Source of the DNA: Corallochytrium limacisporum Hawaii
Taxonomy: Eukaryota; Protista; Pluriformea
Direction of reading: 5' to 3'
Assembly: GCA_002811645.1 (NCBI GenBank)
Contig: PDIP01000122.1
Span: 245,962 to 309,961 of the forward strand
Length of the DNA: 64,000 bases
The stretch's first letter is position 1. Every line of letters begins with the position of its first letter. This document shows positions 9,181 through 19,209 of this stretch, piece by piece. The position numbers and the translations under genes are program-made. Below the pieces are notes generated by a model. That model worked only from the letters and a program-made list of their open reading frames with translations. It was not told the origin of the DNA and searched no databases.

Positions 9181-12100
9181 TTAGAGTGCCTCAGTCATGC
9201 GGTTGACGTCTACAATCGCAGCATTAATCTGTTCGGTTGTCCAGTCCAGACGATAGGAAGCCAGACCGCCACCTTTCTTGATAATGCCCGCCTTCTCAAA
9301 GTACTGCAGCATCTTGCGGCCGCGGCGCTTGTCGATCTGCATGCTCTCCGCAAAGGAGTCGTCGCGAATCTCTCCCTCGTCCTCCATGGTCTTCAGGCCA
9401 AGACGGCGCAGAGCCGAGATGCCCTGAGGATCTTCGGTGTCAAACGTTTTCTTGAGCTGGATCAGGCGGTCCTTCATGGCACTCTCTGATTCACCGTCAT
9501 AACAGAAGATACACTGGAAATCACCGGGAACACTGCCGTCATTGACGAACCCGTAGCAGGCAAGATGACTCCAGCGCTTGCACTTGTCACATTCTACAGC
9601 CTCCCAACTGTCTACGTTGTGACCGCAGCAGCAGTAGACCTCATCCTTATCATCACCAGCTGCGGCTTCGCCGTTCTCCTCCGTGGTGACAGGGTCTTTT
9701 TGGTCCGTATCCATGGAGTCCGTTTGCTCCTTCTTCGGTACCTCCTTAGGCACTGGGTCCTCGACTTTCTGCTTGGCCTCCGCCTTGGTCTCATTGGCGG
9801 CTGCCTCGGTCACAACAGGCTTTGACGGTGTCCGAACACCATTGGGGAACAGCTCATCATGGCTAAGACAGGTGTAGATGCTCTTCGGCCGTGGGGTGTT
9901 CTTCACACACTCCTCAAAGTGGGCCCTAAATGGATCTGGGTTGAAGTCACAGATTCTGCGACTGTTCACCTTCACTTGGCAGCGACGACAAATGGCACGA
10001 GCATTAAGACGCTGCATGGCACCCTCAGGGAAAATGTAGATCCGGAAATCCAGGTTTTTAACGGGTCTCTCCGGCTTAATATCTTTGCAATAATCATCGA
10101 CCATGTCCGAAATGTACTCGAACCAATCGAGTTCAAGCTGCCCATCCTGGGACACAATCGGTGGTTCTCCGAGCGCATCCCTCATTTTGATTACCTCGTC
10201 GTAGGAGTGCTCGCGTTTAAGAGGCACAGGAGGGTCATTCTCGTCAATCTGGTGCGTGGGATAATCGGTATTGTTGTAGGCCTTGAGGCGAATGATACCT
10301 CCAGCTCCGATGCGAACCTCACTGCCGCTCTTCACATCGTCTACAGACTTCTCGCAAGTCAATGCGTGCTCGAAGTATTGGAAGGGGCTGAAGTCATTAC
10401 CCTGGTTCATGGTAAAAGTCTTCTTACAATCCAGACAAGTCAGGCGCAGACTCTTGGGATCGTCGGGTTCGCCGCCGAGCTTATAGTTGATGCCCTCTGT
10501 CAGCTTCCCTGACGCTCCTCCAAAGTCTTTCTTCCACACCCCGATCCGCTCACGCGCCAGTTTCAATAGCCCTCCGTCGACACCGCTAGCATCGTCCATC
10601 TCTGCAACGCGCGCTTTTTTCGGAGTCGAACCATCTTCCTCGAATGGAGCCTTGGTACGCCTCAGAGGGAACTGGCGCCTTATGGGCACACAGCTTGCTA
10701 GATGATTAAAGTAAGAGGCGGGGCTCAGACCGTCGTTGACAGGACAATAGAAAGCACTGCGGCAGTCTGCACAGCGAATGCGAGTCCGGGGCATATCTTT
10801 CTTGGTGCTTCGGTCAATGTAAGCCATGATGGTGAAGTTCTTGCCCTCCGACAGGTGCATATAGTCCTTGTTGGCCAGTTGCCACTGTTTGATATTGTAA
10901 CGTACAATTTCTCTGGCACATTGAGCTCCCTCTTCATCATTCAAGTCACGGCACTGAATGGCGACACAATACCTAAGGTGCAGTGCAAACGCATCAGGCA
11001 CATACAGCTTCTCACGCTCCAGACTGAATTGTGCCCGGCAGCGACGGCAACTGATGCCCCCCGGACCCGAAGTTAGCTTTTTAACGAAATAGTCCGTCTC
11101 AGGATCGAGTACGATACCTTCAGTGCGACAGTATCCCCGCATCACCTTGTGGACCCACTTCTTGACATCCTTCGGCTCTACATTCTCTCCACCAACCTTC
11201 TCCTTGAACTTCTGCCGTTCCTCTGCAGAAAACAGCGCCTCAGGGCCCTGTTCCATACGTGTGAGGGGAGACATGAGCACTTGAGCAATGGTTTTACCCT
11301 TGAACGCCGACTGGACGTTGCCTTCCTTCGTGGGGAATCCAATGCCACCGTCTCCGGTGAGAATAGTCTTGGACGGTTCCCGCGCGGTGACCGTCGTTGC
11401 CGGGGTGGACTGTTGAGATGCCTTCACGGCTGGAGTCACAGTGGTAGGCGCAGCACTCACAGCTGGAGTGGTATCCACAGCGTACCCCTGGCTCTGGGGC
11501 GCTGAAGTGGGCTGCCCCGGAGGCGGCAGTGGAGGAGGAGGGCCACCGTAGTGCTGCGGCGGTGCACCAAACGGAGGCGGAGGCGGACCACCCATTGGTG
11601 GCGGCACAGGGCCTCCCAAGCGGTATTCTGGCGTTTCTCCACGCAATTCTGCAATCGCACGCAACAGTCGCAGTCTGTAACCCACACCGATGATGAAAGG
11701 AGGTGGTCCAGAAGCTGCGCCGGAGGACGGGCGCCGGCGGCCCTGATGAGTCTCTAGGTAGACAGCCAGTGGAGAACCTTCTGGAAGCATGTCCCGGTCG
11801 GCGTCGGGGCTCTGAGAGTAGTGGGCAGCCACGAACTCTTCAATTTGACCCAGGGCATCCTGATGCATACCGAAAGACATGGCTTGGCTTGTGGCTGAGG
11901 ATATTAAACCAATCAGTCCGGCCATACCTTGAGTGAATAGTGGACGTCCAACGGCGTCTGATCCAGCATCGCCGGTTACCACAGTGGGTAAATGACGCTC
12001 TCCAGCTGGCGCGATGTACGCATGCTTCAAATCTTCCAGAGTATCAAAACCACTGAACTCTAAGCAGCGGATAAGCCATTCAGGTACCCGTTTGCCTTTC

Positions 12101-12279
12101 AGAAACTCTACGAATTCCTTGTGTTCTTCATCAACCTCGCCTTCGGTTTCATTGGTGTCTCCGTTTATGATTTCGTTGTTGCCCTCGTTCAAAGCAGAGG
12201 CTGGTCGCTTGTCACCAACCTTTGCCTCTTGAACTGTCTTGGGTTGCGACTCTGCCGGATCTTGGACCTGATCCGTCAT
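9181..12279 (-). CDS. Chromatin-associated protein: SAM-like N-domain, Pro-rich linker, four CxxC-x19-HxxxC zinc fingers, C-terminal PHD finger + winged helix (Hop1 CBR-like)
   Basis: 1032-aa ORF. The PHD C4HC3 pattern (VYCCCG...ECDKCKRWSHLACYG...FQCIFC) is followed by ALRRLGL...FAESMQI...MLQYFEKAGII. Four Zn-finger repeats at aa 411-438, 503-530, 615-642 and 764-791. Confidence 0.8.
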   Translation of the reverse strand: MTDQVQDPAESQPKTVQEAKVGDKRPASALNEGNNEIINGDTNETEGEVDEEHKEFVEFLKGKRVPEWLIRCLEFSGFDTLEDLKHAYIAPAGERHLPTVVTGDAGSDAVGRPLFTQGMAGLIGLISSATSQAMSFGMHQDALGQIEEFVAAHYSQSPDADRDMLPEGSPLAVYLETHQGRRRPSSGAASGPPPFIIGVGYRLRLLRAIAELRGETPEYRLGGPVPPPMGGPPPPPFGAPPQHYGGPPPPLPPPGQPTSAPQSQGYAVDTTPAVSAAPTTVTPAVKASQQSTPATTVTAREPSKTILTGDGGIGFPTKEGNVQSAFKGKTIAQVLMSPLTRMEQGPEALFSAEERQKFKEKVGGENVEPKDVKKWVHKVMRGYCRTEGIVLDPETDYFVKKLTSGPGGISCRRCRAQFSLEREKLYVPDAFALHLRYCVAIQCRDLNDEEGAQCAREIVRYNIKQWQLANKDYMHLSEGKNFTIMAYIDRSTKKDMPRTRIRCADCRSAFYCPVNDGLSPASYFNHLASCVPIRRQFPLRRTKAPFEEDGSTPKKARVAEMDDASGVDGGLLKLARERIGVWKKDFGGASGKLTEGINYKLGGEPDDPKSLRLTCLDCKKTFTMNQGNDFSPFQYFEHALTCEKSVDDVKSGSEVRIGAGGIIRLKAYNNTDYPTHQIDENDPPVPLKREHSYDEVIKMRDALGEPPIVSQDGQLELDWFEYISDMVDDYCKDIKPERPVKNLDFRIYIFPEGAMQRLNARAICRRCQVKVNSRRICDFNPDPFRAHFEECVKNTPRPKSIYTCLSHDELFPNGVRTPSKPVVTEAAANETKAEAKQKVEDPVPKEVPKKEQTDSMDTDQKDPVTTEENGEAAAGDDKDEVYCCCGHNVDSWEAVECDKCKRWSHLACYGFVNDGSVPGDFQCIFCYDGESESAMKDRLIQLKKTFDTEDPQGISALRRLGLKTMEDEGEIRDDSFAESMQIDKRRGRKMLQYFEKAGIIKKGGGLASYRLDWTTEQINAAIVDVNRMTEAL

Positions 12280-13182
12280 GGTCCCCCCTTGTGATACTAA
12301 CGTTCCCGGCAGTTTGCTATTTGGGCTTTTGTTGTTCCACTGATAGGCATCAATGGAAACTATTTACTACCTTCGGATACGATTCCCATTCGCAACAGGC
12401 GAAAGTATTTCGGAAAGCCAGATATTTCTGAAGTACCTTGATTCAGCGTTGGCCGGATTCACCAGCACTACTCACTGAATATTCCTTTCCGAAAATGCTA
12501 AGTTTCCGACTAGTCCTGACGTCGGCTGCAAACTTCCGGACTTTTTTTGTTGTTCCTTTTTGGTCCCTCCCTTTATCGGCTGGCGCAGGGCAGGCAACCA
12601 GCCATGTCCGGGGTCAGGCGCATGCAGCCGCCTGGCCTGGCCACTCTGCGGGGTCATGGGCCTCCTGCTGCTACCTTCCCCTTCCCCCCAACTCAAAATG
12701 TGACCGCGTACAGAAATTTACCCCCGGAGTCCGCGCCATCGGAAAAATTGCGCAATACTTTCATTACGGAAAGCAAGATCGGACGATGCAACGATTTCGT
12801 CTGACCAGGAGTCCTGAAGGCTGGGCTCTCCGTCTCCCCCACCACTTCTCTCCCTCTGTTACGTGATGGTAGCCAATCCAGTGTGGTGGCTTGTGGCTGG
12901 CTGGTGGCTTGCGTTGTACGTTTGGGGGTTTCTTTCTCCGCTGCCAAACTCCGTACTGCCACCAGCCGTAGCCACGCGCCAATTGCAATGAAGGCGAATC
13001 CTCTCTGGCGGAAAGTACCAAGGCGTCGGTTGCAAGTGGTGTGGGGCAAATGCCACGCGAACACGAGCTGAGAATACTTGCTTGAGAATCCGAAGTTTAC
13101 GCAGATGTGCGATAAAACCGGCGGCACCTGCATAACCCCGGCACTGAATTCCTTCAAACCGTCTAATGCTTACCCATGTGGG

Positions 13183-14180
13183 CTAGTCGTCAAACGTTTT
13201 TTTGTATTTCTGGAAGATTTCTTTGAAACCGATGCCAATCTTAGCAATGACTACGTTCTGGCCACTAGGTGCCGAAAGACCTAAAAACGATTTCCAAACT
13301 GCAAGGCCGTTGATATATTTTTGGGTTTCGTGTACGTTACTTGTTACATGGTAGTAGTGTTCCACTTACCTTTGTTGTTATTGCTTCTGGTCAATGAGCC
13401 GCTATGTTTCACGGTAAGCTGGTACCCGATAACTGGAAAATCATTGGAACCCAAATCCATATGAATCGATACGTAGCGAGCAGAGTATGGAGCACGCGAG
13501 AACATTGCTGTCCGCCATGACCAAACCAAACCTTTGTGTCCTCCCTGGGCTGGGCAATAATGATACTTAGCAAAGTGGGAAAGAAGTCCCTGGAACAGTT
13601 CATTGAAGTCAAAAAGTAATAAGTCCGCGCACCGCAAATCCGAGGCAGCATTTTCAGCCCGGCGAAAGGATTCCAGGAGGAAGGACAGCGGAAAATCGCG
13701 AAAAGTAGACAGACGATAGACTAGGTAGTACTGGTCAGTATCGGCAAGTGACAACAACGGCAACAACACCGCCAACGCCACACAATGTCCAACAGGACTC
13801 TGTGGGAGGAACCAAGCGTACTCCCAGTCCAAGTATGAAGCCAGAGGGGCTCCGAAAATCACCCCGGTCACCCGGACAGCGGTCTTCCCTGAAGGAGTCT
13901 ACTGGATAAGACTCAGTAAGACTCGCCATGTCACTCATTGTTGAGCTCATGTGAATACATCAATCGACTAACGCCAGCGACCATGGCATGCACAACTGCT
14001 TGCACGATTGCACGGCAGCCTCCAATGGCGCTAGCAATAGAATGTTGCCCCAAAGTGGCATTCGGGCGCGAAATTTCTGCCTGTTGGTTCTTGACTCCTT
14101 ACCTTTTGGGCGGGACGGGGTTCTATTTTCCAGCCATTTTCGCTCGCAAGCGGGAGTGTCTTCCGGGCGCGAAATTTCAT
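13183..14180 (-). CDS. Tentative three-exon gene of unknown function (exons 14180-14103, 13898-13370, 13280-13183; 234 aa)
   Basis: AAG|GTAAGG donor at 14102, TAG acceptor at 13899, AAG|GTAAGT donor at 13369 and TTTTAG acceptor at 13281 join in frame from an ATG to a stop. No recognisable homology. Confidence 0.25.
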
Positions 14181-14247
14181 GCAAGTCTCACTTCAGTGTT
14201 TATGACTGTGCTCAGGGGTCAAGCGAAGGGGGACGAAGCGCGCCAAA
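14063..14247. promoter_or_regulatory. Cluster of E2F-type sites upstream of SMC1
   Basis: Exact 15-bp direct repeat CGGGCGCGAAATTTC at 14063-14077 and 14164-14178 (reverse complement contains TTTCGCGC), plus GCGCGCCAAA at 14238-14247 (reverse complement TTTGGCGCGC). Confidence 0.6.
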
Positions 14248-14559
14248 TCTCGGTTGTTGGGACGGTGGAGGGCACTGAGACTCGCCGTGTAAGAGTGACC
14301 GAAACGGACCAATGTATCCAAAGTCTCACATTCGGCCTATTTGCTCAGGTCAGAATCAAATGTCGCTTTGGCTGCTCACAACTCCTTATAGAGCTTCTCT
14401 TGAAGGTACTACCGGTGCTGCTCAGGATAAACATGTATAAAAGGGCTGTTGCGCAAGGCTGTATACTTGGAACGTGAACCCAGAGATTGCAATAGGAACC
14501 GCCGGTCGGGTCCTGAGGATTATGGTATAAGGAAGTATCGCTGTTTGGGAAATACAGTC

Positions 14560-17500
14560 ATGGGTAAAATTAAGAGTCTTGAAGTCGAAGATTTCAAGTC
14601 GTACAGAGGACACCAGGTCATTGGGCCATTTGCCCCTTTCACTGCTGTGATTGGACCGAATGGTGCTGGCAAGTCTAATCTCATGGATGCCATCTCGTTC
14701 GTTTTGGGTGTTCAAGCAAAGGACTTACGTGGCTCAAAACTTAAACATTTAGTTGCAGGTGCTACGAATGTGGGCGGTGGAAGTGCAAAAAAGGCTCAAG
14801 TCACTGTTGTGTACGAGGATGACACCGGTCGAGAAATCCGTTTCAGTCGTAGCGTCAGTGCGGCTACAGGAGCTTCTGACTACCGCATAGACGGCAAAAT
14901 TGTTACAGCAAATGATTACATAGAGGCACTTAAGGCGCAGCATGTCCTAGTCAAGGCCAAGAATTTCCTCGTTTTCCAAGGCGATGTTGAGTCTGTGGCC
15001 CAGAAGACTCCCCAGGAGCTGACCAAGCTCTTTGAACACATTAGCGGATCAGAGCAACTACGAGAGCCCTATCAAAAAGCAGCACAGCAAACACACGCAC
15101 TTAGTGAAGAACTCAGTGATTTGTGGAAGCGCAAGCAGGGTATCAGTAGTGAATACCGTGAATTGAAGAGACAGAAGGACGAAGCTGACGAGTATAAGAA
15201 GATGGAAGATGAAGTGGCGTCTACTCGCATTGACGCCGACTTGTTCCGCCTGTTCTACATTGAGAAGGACATGGAAAGCAAAGCCGCGTCCATTGAAGGG
15301 GACAGAGTTAATTTAGAACAAGCTCACAATGATTGTGAAGAACTTGGTATCAAAATCACCCAGGGTAAGGCAGACCGTGCCAAGCGGCGTCGCGAAACCG
15401 CTAAGATTGGCAAGGAGGTAGAAAAAATCGAGGACAATCTGGGCAGAATTAAACAAGAAGCCATTCAGCAGGCCGAAACTGTGCAACACACCCAAAAACG
15501 CATCCACACCACTAGTGGACACCTCAAGAAAGCCGAGAAGAACCACAAAGAGCATGCGGAGTCAATTAAGCTGCTGGAAGCTGAACTGCAACAGCAACTC
15601 AAATTGCAATCTGACCTTGAGGAAGAGGAGAAGAAGAGGCAGCAGGAAGCTGCTGACCAGCGAGACCCTGAACTGACACAGCAGTATCTGGAAGAGTACG
15701 TCCACCTCAAGGAACGGGCCAACAGGGTAACCTCGAGCGCTCAACAGGCCGTTCATCGACTTGGACGGCAGGAGAGCTCACTGAATGATAAGATTCGTCG
15801 CTTGAAAATGCATCAAGATGATCTTCATCACAATATGAAGAATGTTGAGGAGGTTGTATCCGAAAAGCAGGCACAATTGAGTACCTTGAAAGAACAGCAC
15901 TCTGAACTGAAAAAGCAACATACGGAGATGAGCGCAGAAAAGAATGAACTTGTGACTGCTGCCAACGAGGCACAAACTGAAGCGACTCGAATCAGGAACG
16001 AGCTGGACGACATCAAGGCACAGCTCCGTGAAGCTCGCAGTAATATGAATGAAAGTGCCAAGCAGAAAAAGATTAACGAAGCCATCGTGCACCTCCAGAA
16101 GACCCATCGAGGTGTTTACGGCAAAGTAGTCAATTTGTGTAAGCCGCGTCATGAGCGGTACCAATTGCCCCTTAGTGTCGTTATGGGACGCAATGCAGAC
16201 GCCGTTGTAGTTGACACTGAGGAAACTGCTATCAAATGCCTGAAGTACATTAAGCAAGAGCGCATTGGCATCGTTACCTTCTTGCCATTAGATGGACTCC
16301 GAGTTCGGGATCCGAACCCTAAGCTCCGCTCGCTGGGTGGTACTTCCAAACTTCTTCTCGATGTTCTTAACTATGAGAGCAAGTACGAACCTGCTTTCAT
16401 TTATGCTTGTGGTGATACGGTCATCTGTGACCAGCTGGCAGAAGCTCGCAAGATCGCGTATGGAAAGGAACGCCACAAAGTGGTAACGTTGAATGGCACT
16501 TTGATTCTTAAGAATGGTTTCATTGCTGGCGGTAAGGGAGGTGAAGCAAGTCGCGACCGCTGGACCGAGCAGAATGTGCAGGAACTTCGCAAGAGGAGTG
16601 ACGACCTTCAACAGCAGCTTGCCGTCGTTGAGCGGAATCGTCGCAATGGAGACGAAATTGCTCGCCTTGCTGGTGAGATCGGACAGATTCAGGGCCGCCT
16701 GGATGGACTAGAGCGAGAAATCAACAATCTGGAATCCACTGTGGCAGGCCGTGCCAAGGAACTGGAGCTGAACAAGAAGCAAGTGAAACGATTCGAGCAC
16801 GAACAGAAGGAACTGACCACCGAGGTCACCCGGGTTTCTAAGGAACTTGGTAAGAAGAAACAGGAACTTAATAATGCTGAGGACACGGTATTTTCAGACT
16901 TCTGCAAAAAAGTTGGAGTGGAAAACATTCGCGCTTATGAGGCTAGCGACGTACAAGAAGCGCAGAAGCGCCAGCAACGTCGCCTGCAGAACACCGAGGC
17001 CATTTCTAAGCTTCAGAGCCAAATCGAGAACGACCGCGCCCGAAACACAGAAGCTGACATTAAGAAGTTCCGAAAGCACCTCGAAAAACTCAACAATGCT
17101 CTAAAGAAGGAAACCACCAAACTGGAGGTTCTCCGAAAGGACACCACCTCTCTTGAGCGCAAGTTGGAAGAAGTCGAGGATCATCGTCGTGCAGCTGCCA
17201 AGCGTGAAGGAGAACTGGATGATGAGCTGCACAAGGTCCACAACGAGCTCAAGAAGAAGCGAAGCGAAGAGAGGACGGTCAGGGATCGCATGACTGCTCT
17301 CTTCACTATTATGGAGCAGCTTATGGAGCAGAGACATAGTCTTCTTCGAACCTGCGCTGACAATGGCATCCAGTTGCCCATGTTAGAGGGAAGCTTTGAG
17401 TATGTGGCCATGGCTAGTGAGTACCGACGTGCATCAGAAGACAGCGCTGAGAACCCACACGACACTCGCCGTCATTCTGCCGAACATGATCCTCACATGA

Positions 17501-18321
17501 TCGCGCACGTGTCCAAGCTGCCGTACCAGTCTGAATTGGCAATCAAGCTCGACTTCACACGCCTTGAAGACAAGCTGAAGGAGCTTGAGACTGTTGAAGA
17601 ATTGCAGGAGGTGCAGAAGCAGTATGAGGATCGCATCTCTAGCCTCACCACCAAGTTGTCCCAACTGATGCCGAACATGAGGGCAGGAGAGCGTCTAGAG
17701 GAAGCTCGTGAGCGTCTCGATGCCGCCGAACAAGAGCACCAGCGAGCGCGGGTTGCTCACACAGAGGCTCAGCAAGAGTTTGAACGAATCAAATTGGAGC
17801 GCAAAGAGCTGTTCATGTCTGCCTTCAACCATGTTCGTGAGCGTATCGATGGTATTTACAAGGAGATGACCCGTACCCAGCGTCACAATCTTGGGGGTCA
17901 GGCCTACCTTACTTTGGAAAATGTGGAAGACCCTTACGATTACGGCATTAAGTACAATGCAATGCCTCCCATGAAACGTTTTCGTGATATGGACCAGCTC
18001 AGTGGTGGTGAGAAGACAGTGGCGGCATTGGCGCTGCTGTTTGCCATCCACTCCTTCCAGCCGTCTCCCTTCTTTGTCCTGGATGAGGTTGACGCCGCGC
18101 TGGATAATGTGAATGTTGTTAAGATTGCCGAGTACATTAAGAGCCGCAGTGATGACTTCCAGTCGATAGTGATCAGTCTCAAGGACAACTTCTACTACAA
18201 TGCTGACATGATTGTTGGTATATACAAGGACCAAGCGGAGCAATGCTCGCACACTGTGAGCATGGATCTAAGACGTTACGATCGAGCACCTGTTCTGCCG
18301 CGTGAGATGCCACAGCACTAG
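14560..18321 (+). CDS. SMC1: Structural maintenance of chromosomes protein 1 (cohesin subunit)
   Basis: MGKIKSLEVEDFKSYRG, Walker A GPNGAGKSNLMDAISFVLG, NFLVFQGDVE, hinge (GVYGKVVNLCKP), PPMKRFRDMDQLSGGEK, Walker B FVLDEVDAALD. ATG at 14560. Confidence 0.97.
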   Translation: MGKIKSLEVEDFKSYRGHQVIGPFAPFTAVIGPNGAGKSNLMDAISFVLGVQAKDLRGSKLKHLVAGATNVGGGSAKKAQVTVVYEDDTGREIRFSRSVSAATGASDYRIDGKIVTANDYIEALKAQHVLVKAKNFLVFQGDVESVAQKTPQELTKLFEHISGSEQLREPYQKAAQQTHALSEELSDLWKRKQGISSEYRELKRQKDEADEYKKMEDEVASTRIDADLFRLFYIEKDMESKAASIEGDRVNLEQAHNDCEELGIKITQGKADRAKRRRETAKIGKEVEKIEDNLGRIKQEAIQQAETVQHTQKRIHTTSGHLKKAEKNHKEHAESIKLLEAELQQQLKLQSDLEEEEKKRQQEAADQRDPELTQQYLEEYVHLKERANRVTSSAQQAVHRLGRQESSLNDKIRRLKMHQDDLHHNMKNVEEVVSEKQAQLSTLKEQHSELKKQHTEMSAEKNELVTAANEAQTEATRIRNELDDIKAQLREARSNMNESAKQKKINEAIVHLQKTHRGVYGKVVNLCKPRHERYQLPLSVVMGRNADAVVVDTEETAIKCLKYIKQERIGIVTFLPLDGLRVRDPNPKLRSLGGTSKLLLDVLNYESKYEPAFIYACGDTVICDQLAEARKIAYGKERHKVVTLNGTLILKNGFIAGGKGGEASRDRWTEQNVQELRKRSDDLQQQLAVVERNRRNGDEIARLAGEIGQIQGRLDGLEREINNLESTVAGRAKELELNKKQVKRFEHEQKELTTEVTRVSKELGKKKQELNNAEDTVFSDFCKKVGVENIRAYEASDVQEAQKRQQRRLQNTEAISKLQSQIENDRARNTEADIKKFRKHLEKLNNALKKETTKLEVLRKDTTSLERKLEEVEDHRRAAAKREGELDDELHKVHNELKKKRSEERTVRDRMTALFTIMEQLMEQRHSLLRTCADNGIQLPMLEGSFEYVAMASEYRRASEDSAENPHDTRRHSAEHDPHMIAHVSKLPYQSELAIKLDFTRLEDKLKELETVEELQEVQKQYEDRISSLTTKLSQLMPNMRAGERLEEARERLDAAEQEHQRARVAHTEAQQEFERIKLERKELFMSAFNHVRERIDGIYKEMTRTQRHNLGGQAYLTLENVEDPYDYGIKYNAMPPMKRFRDMDQLSGGEKTVAALALLFAIHSFQPSPFFVLDEVDAALDNVNVVKIAEYIKSRSDDFQSIVISLKDNFYYNADMIVGIYKDQAEQCSHTVSMDLRRYDRAPVLPREMPQH

Positions 18322-18384
18322 AGAGACCAAACAATTTATGAATACAAAAACACAGCACATTTAGACCGACCCATCAGAGCTAAC

Positions 18385-19209
18385 CTAGTACTTGTTTATG
18401 ACATATAGAGTCTGCCACCGTCTTTTATCTTCTTCAAACTTCTTCATTTGTGTTTTCATCATGTCCGTCATGTCCCGCAAGGTGTTATAATCACTCAAGA
18501 AACGGTCGTTCAGACAGTCTTTGTCCCACTTCCTCTCCCTATCGGTCGCCTCCAGCTTGACCTTTAATTGACGTTGTTCTGCCCTGGATCTTTTCAAAGC
18601 TTCAGCAAGCTCATCGTTCGCTGCACCTAGTTTCTCGTGGGACTCAGACAGCCGAAGTTTCTCCACTATGGTCCTCTGACGCTGATATTCCAGCTGGACC
18701 TGCAGATCCCTTGCTTTGGCCGCTTCAACATTCTTTAGAGCCTTTCTCAATTGTTCATTCTCCCCATGAATCCGTTTCTGAGATTCCAAGAGTTCAGCAT
18801 GCAGGGAGGTAATCTTCTGCTGCGCCGCCTCTAGGTTTCTCTGCAATTCACTAGACTTTCTGTTACTTTCAAAGAGTTCTTTCTTCAGTTCTGAGAGCTG
18901 ATTTTCGAGGCCAGTGATTGTGGCACTGAGTTGTGAATTCTGCAAAGCCAACTGAGAATTTTGCTGCTTAAGACTCAACTCTTCCGTTGAAGATCCCTGG
19001 GCCTGACTCGAGGTCTTCCTTCCCCTTGGTTTTGGAGTCTTGAATTGTATGCTATTGTCTTCAAATCTGACCAGTTTCGTTGTGACCTTTTCTTGGATTG
19101 AACTCAAGGGTTTTCGGTGTTCTGCAATAGCGAACGTTTTGATCTGTTGTTGCGGTGATCTCTTTCGCATGGATCGCGTCTTCCTCACTACTTGCATGGC
19201 GCCTGGCAT
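18385..19209 (-). CDS. Hypothetical coiled-coil protein with a basic N-terminus
   Basis: About 274 aa from the first ATG (19209), with long heptad-rich E/K/Q/L segments and a TPxK-like motif (FKTPKPR). No family recognised. Confidence 0.65.
   Translation of the reverse strand: MPGAMQVVRKTRSMRKRSPQQQIKTFAIAEHRKPLSSIQEKVTTKLVRFEDNSIQFKTPKPRGRKTSSQAQGSSTEELSLKQQNSQLALQNSQLSATITGLENQLSELKKELFESNRKSSELQRNLEAAQQKITSLHAELLESQKRIHGENEQLRKALKNVEAAKARDLQVQLEYQRQRTIVEKLRLSESHEKLGAANDELAEALKRSRAEQRQLKVKLEATDRERKWDKDCLNDRFLSDYNTLRDMTDMMKTQMKKFEEDKRRWQTLYVINKY

Noticed and set aside
13790-13871. FGAPL...LDW resemblance to PIG-F
   Set aside because: In PIG-F these motifs are separated by tens of residues and TM helices. 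Here they are adjacent, and the rest does not match.
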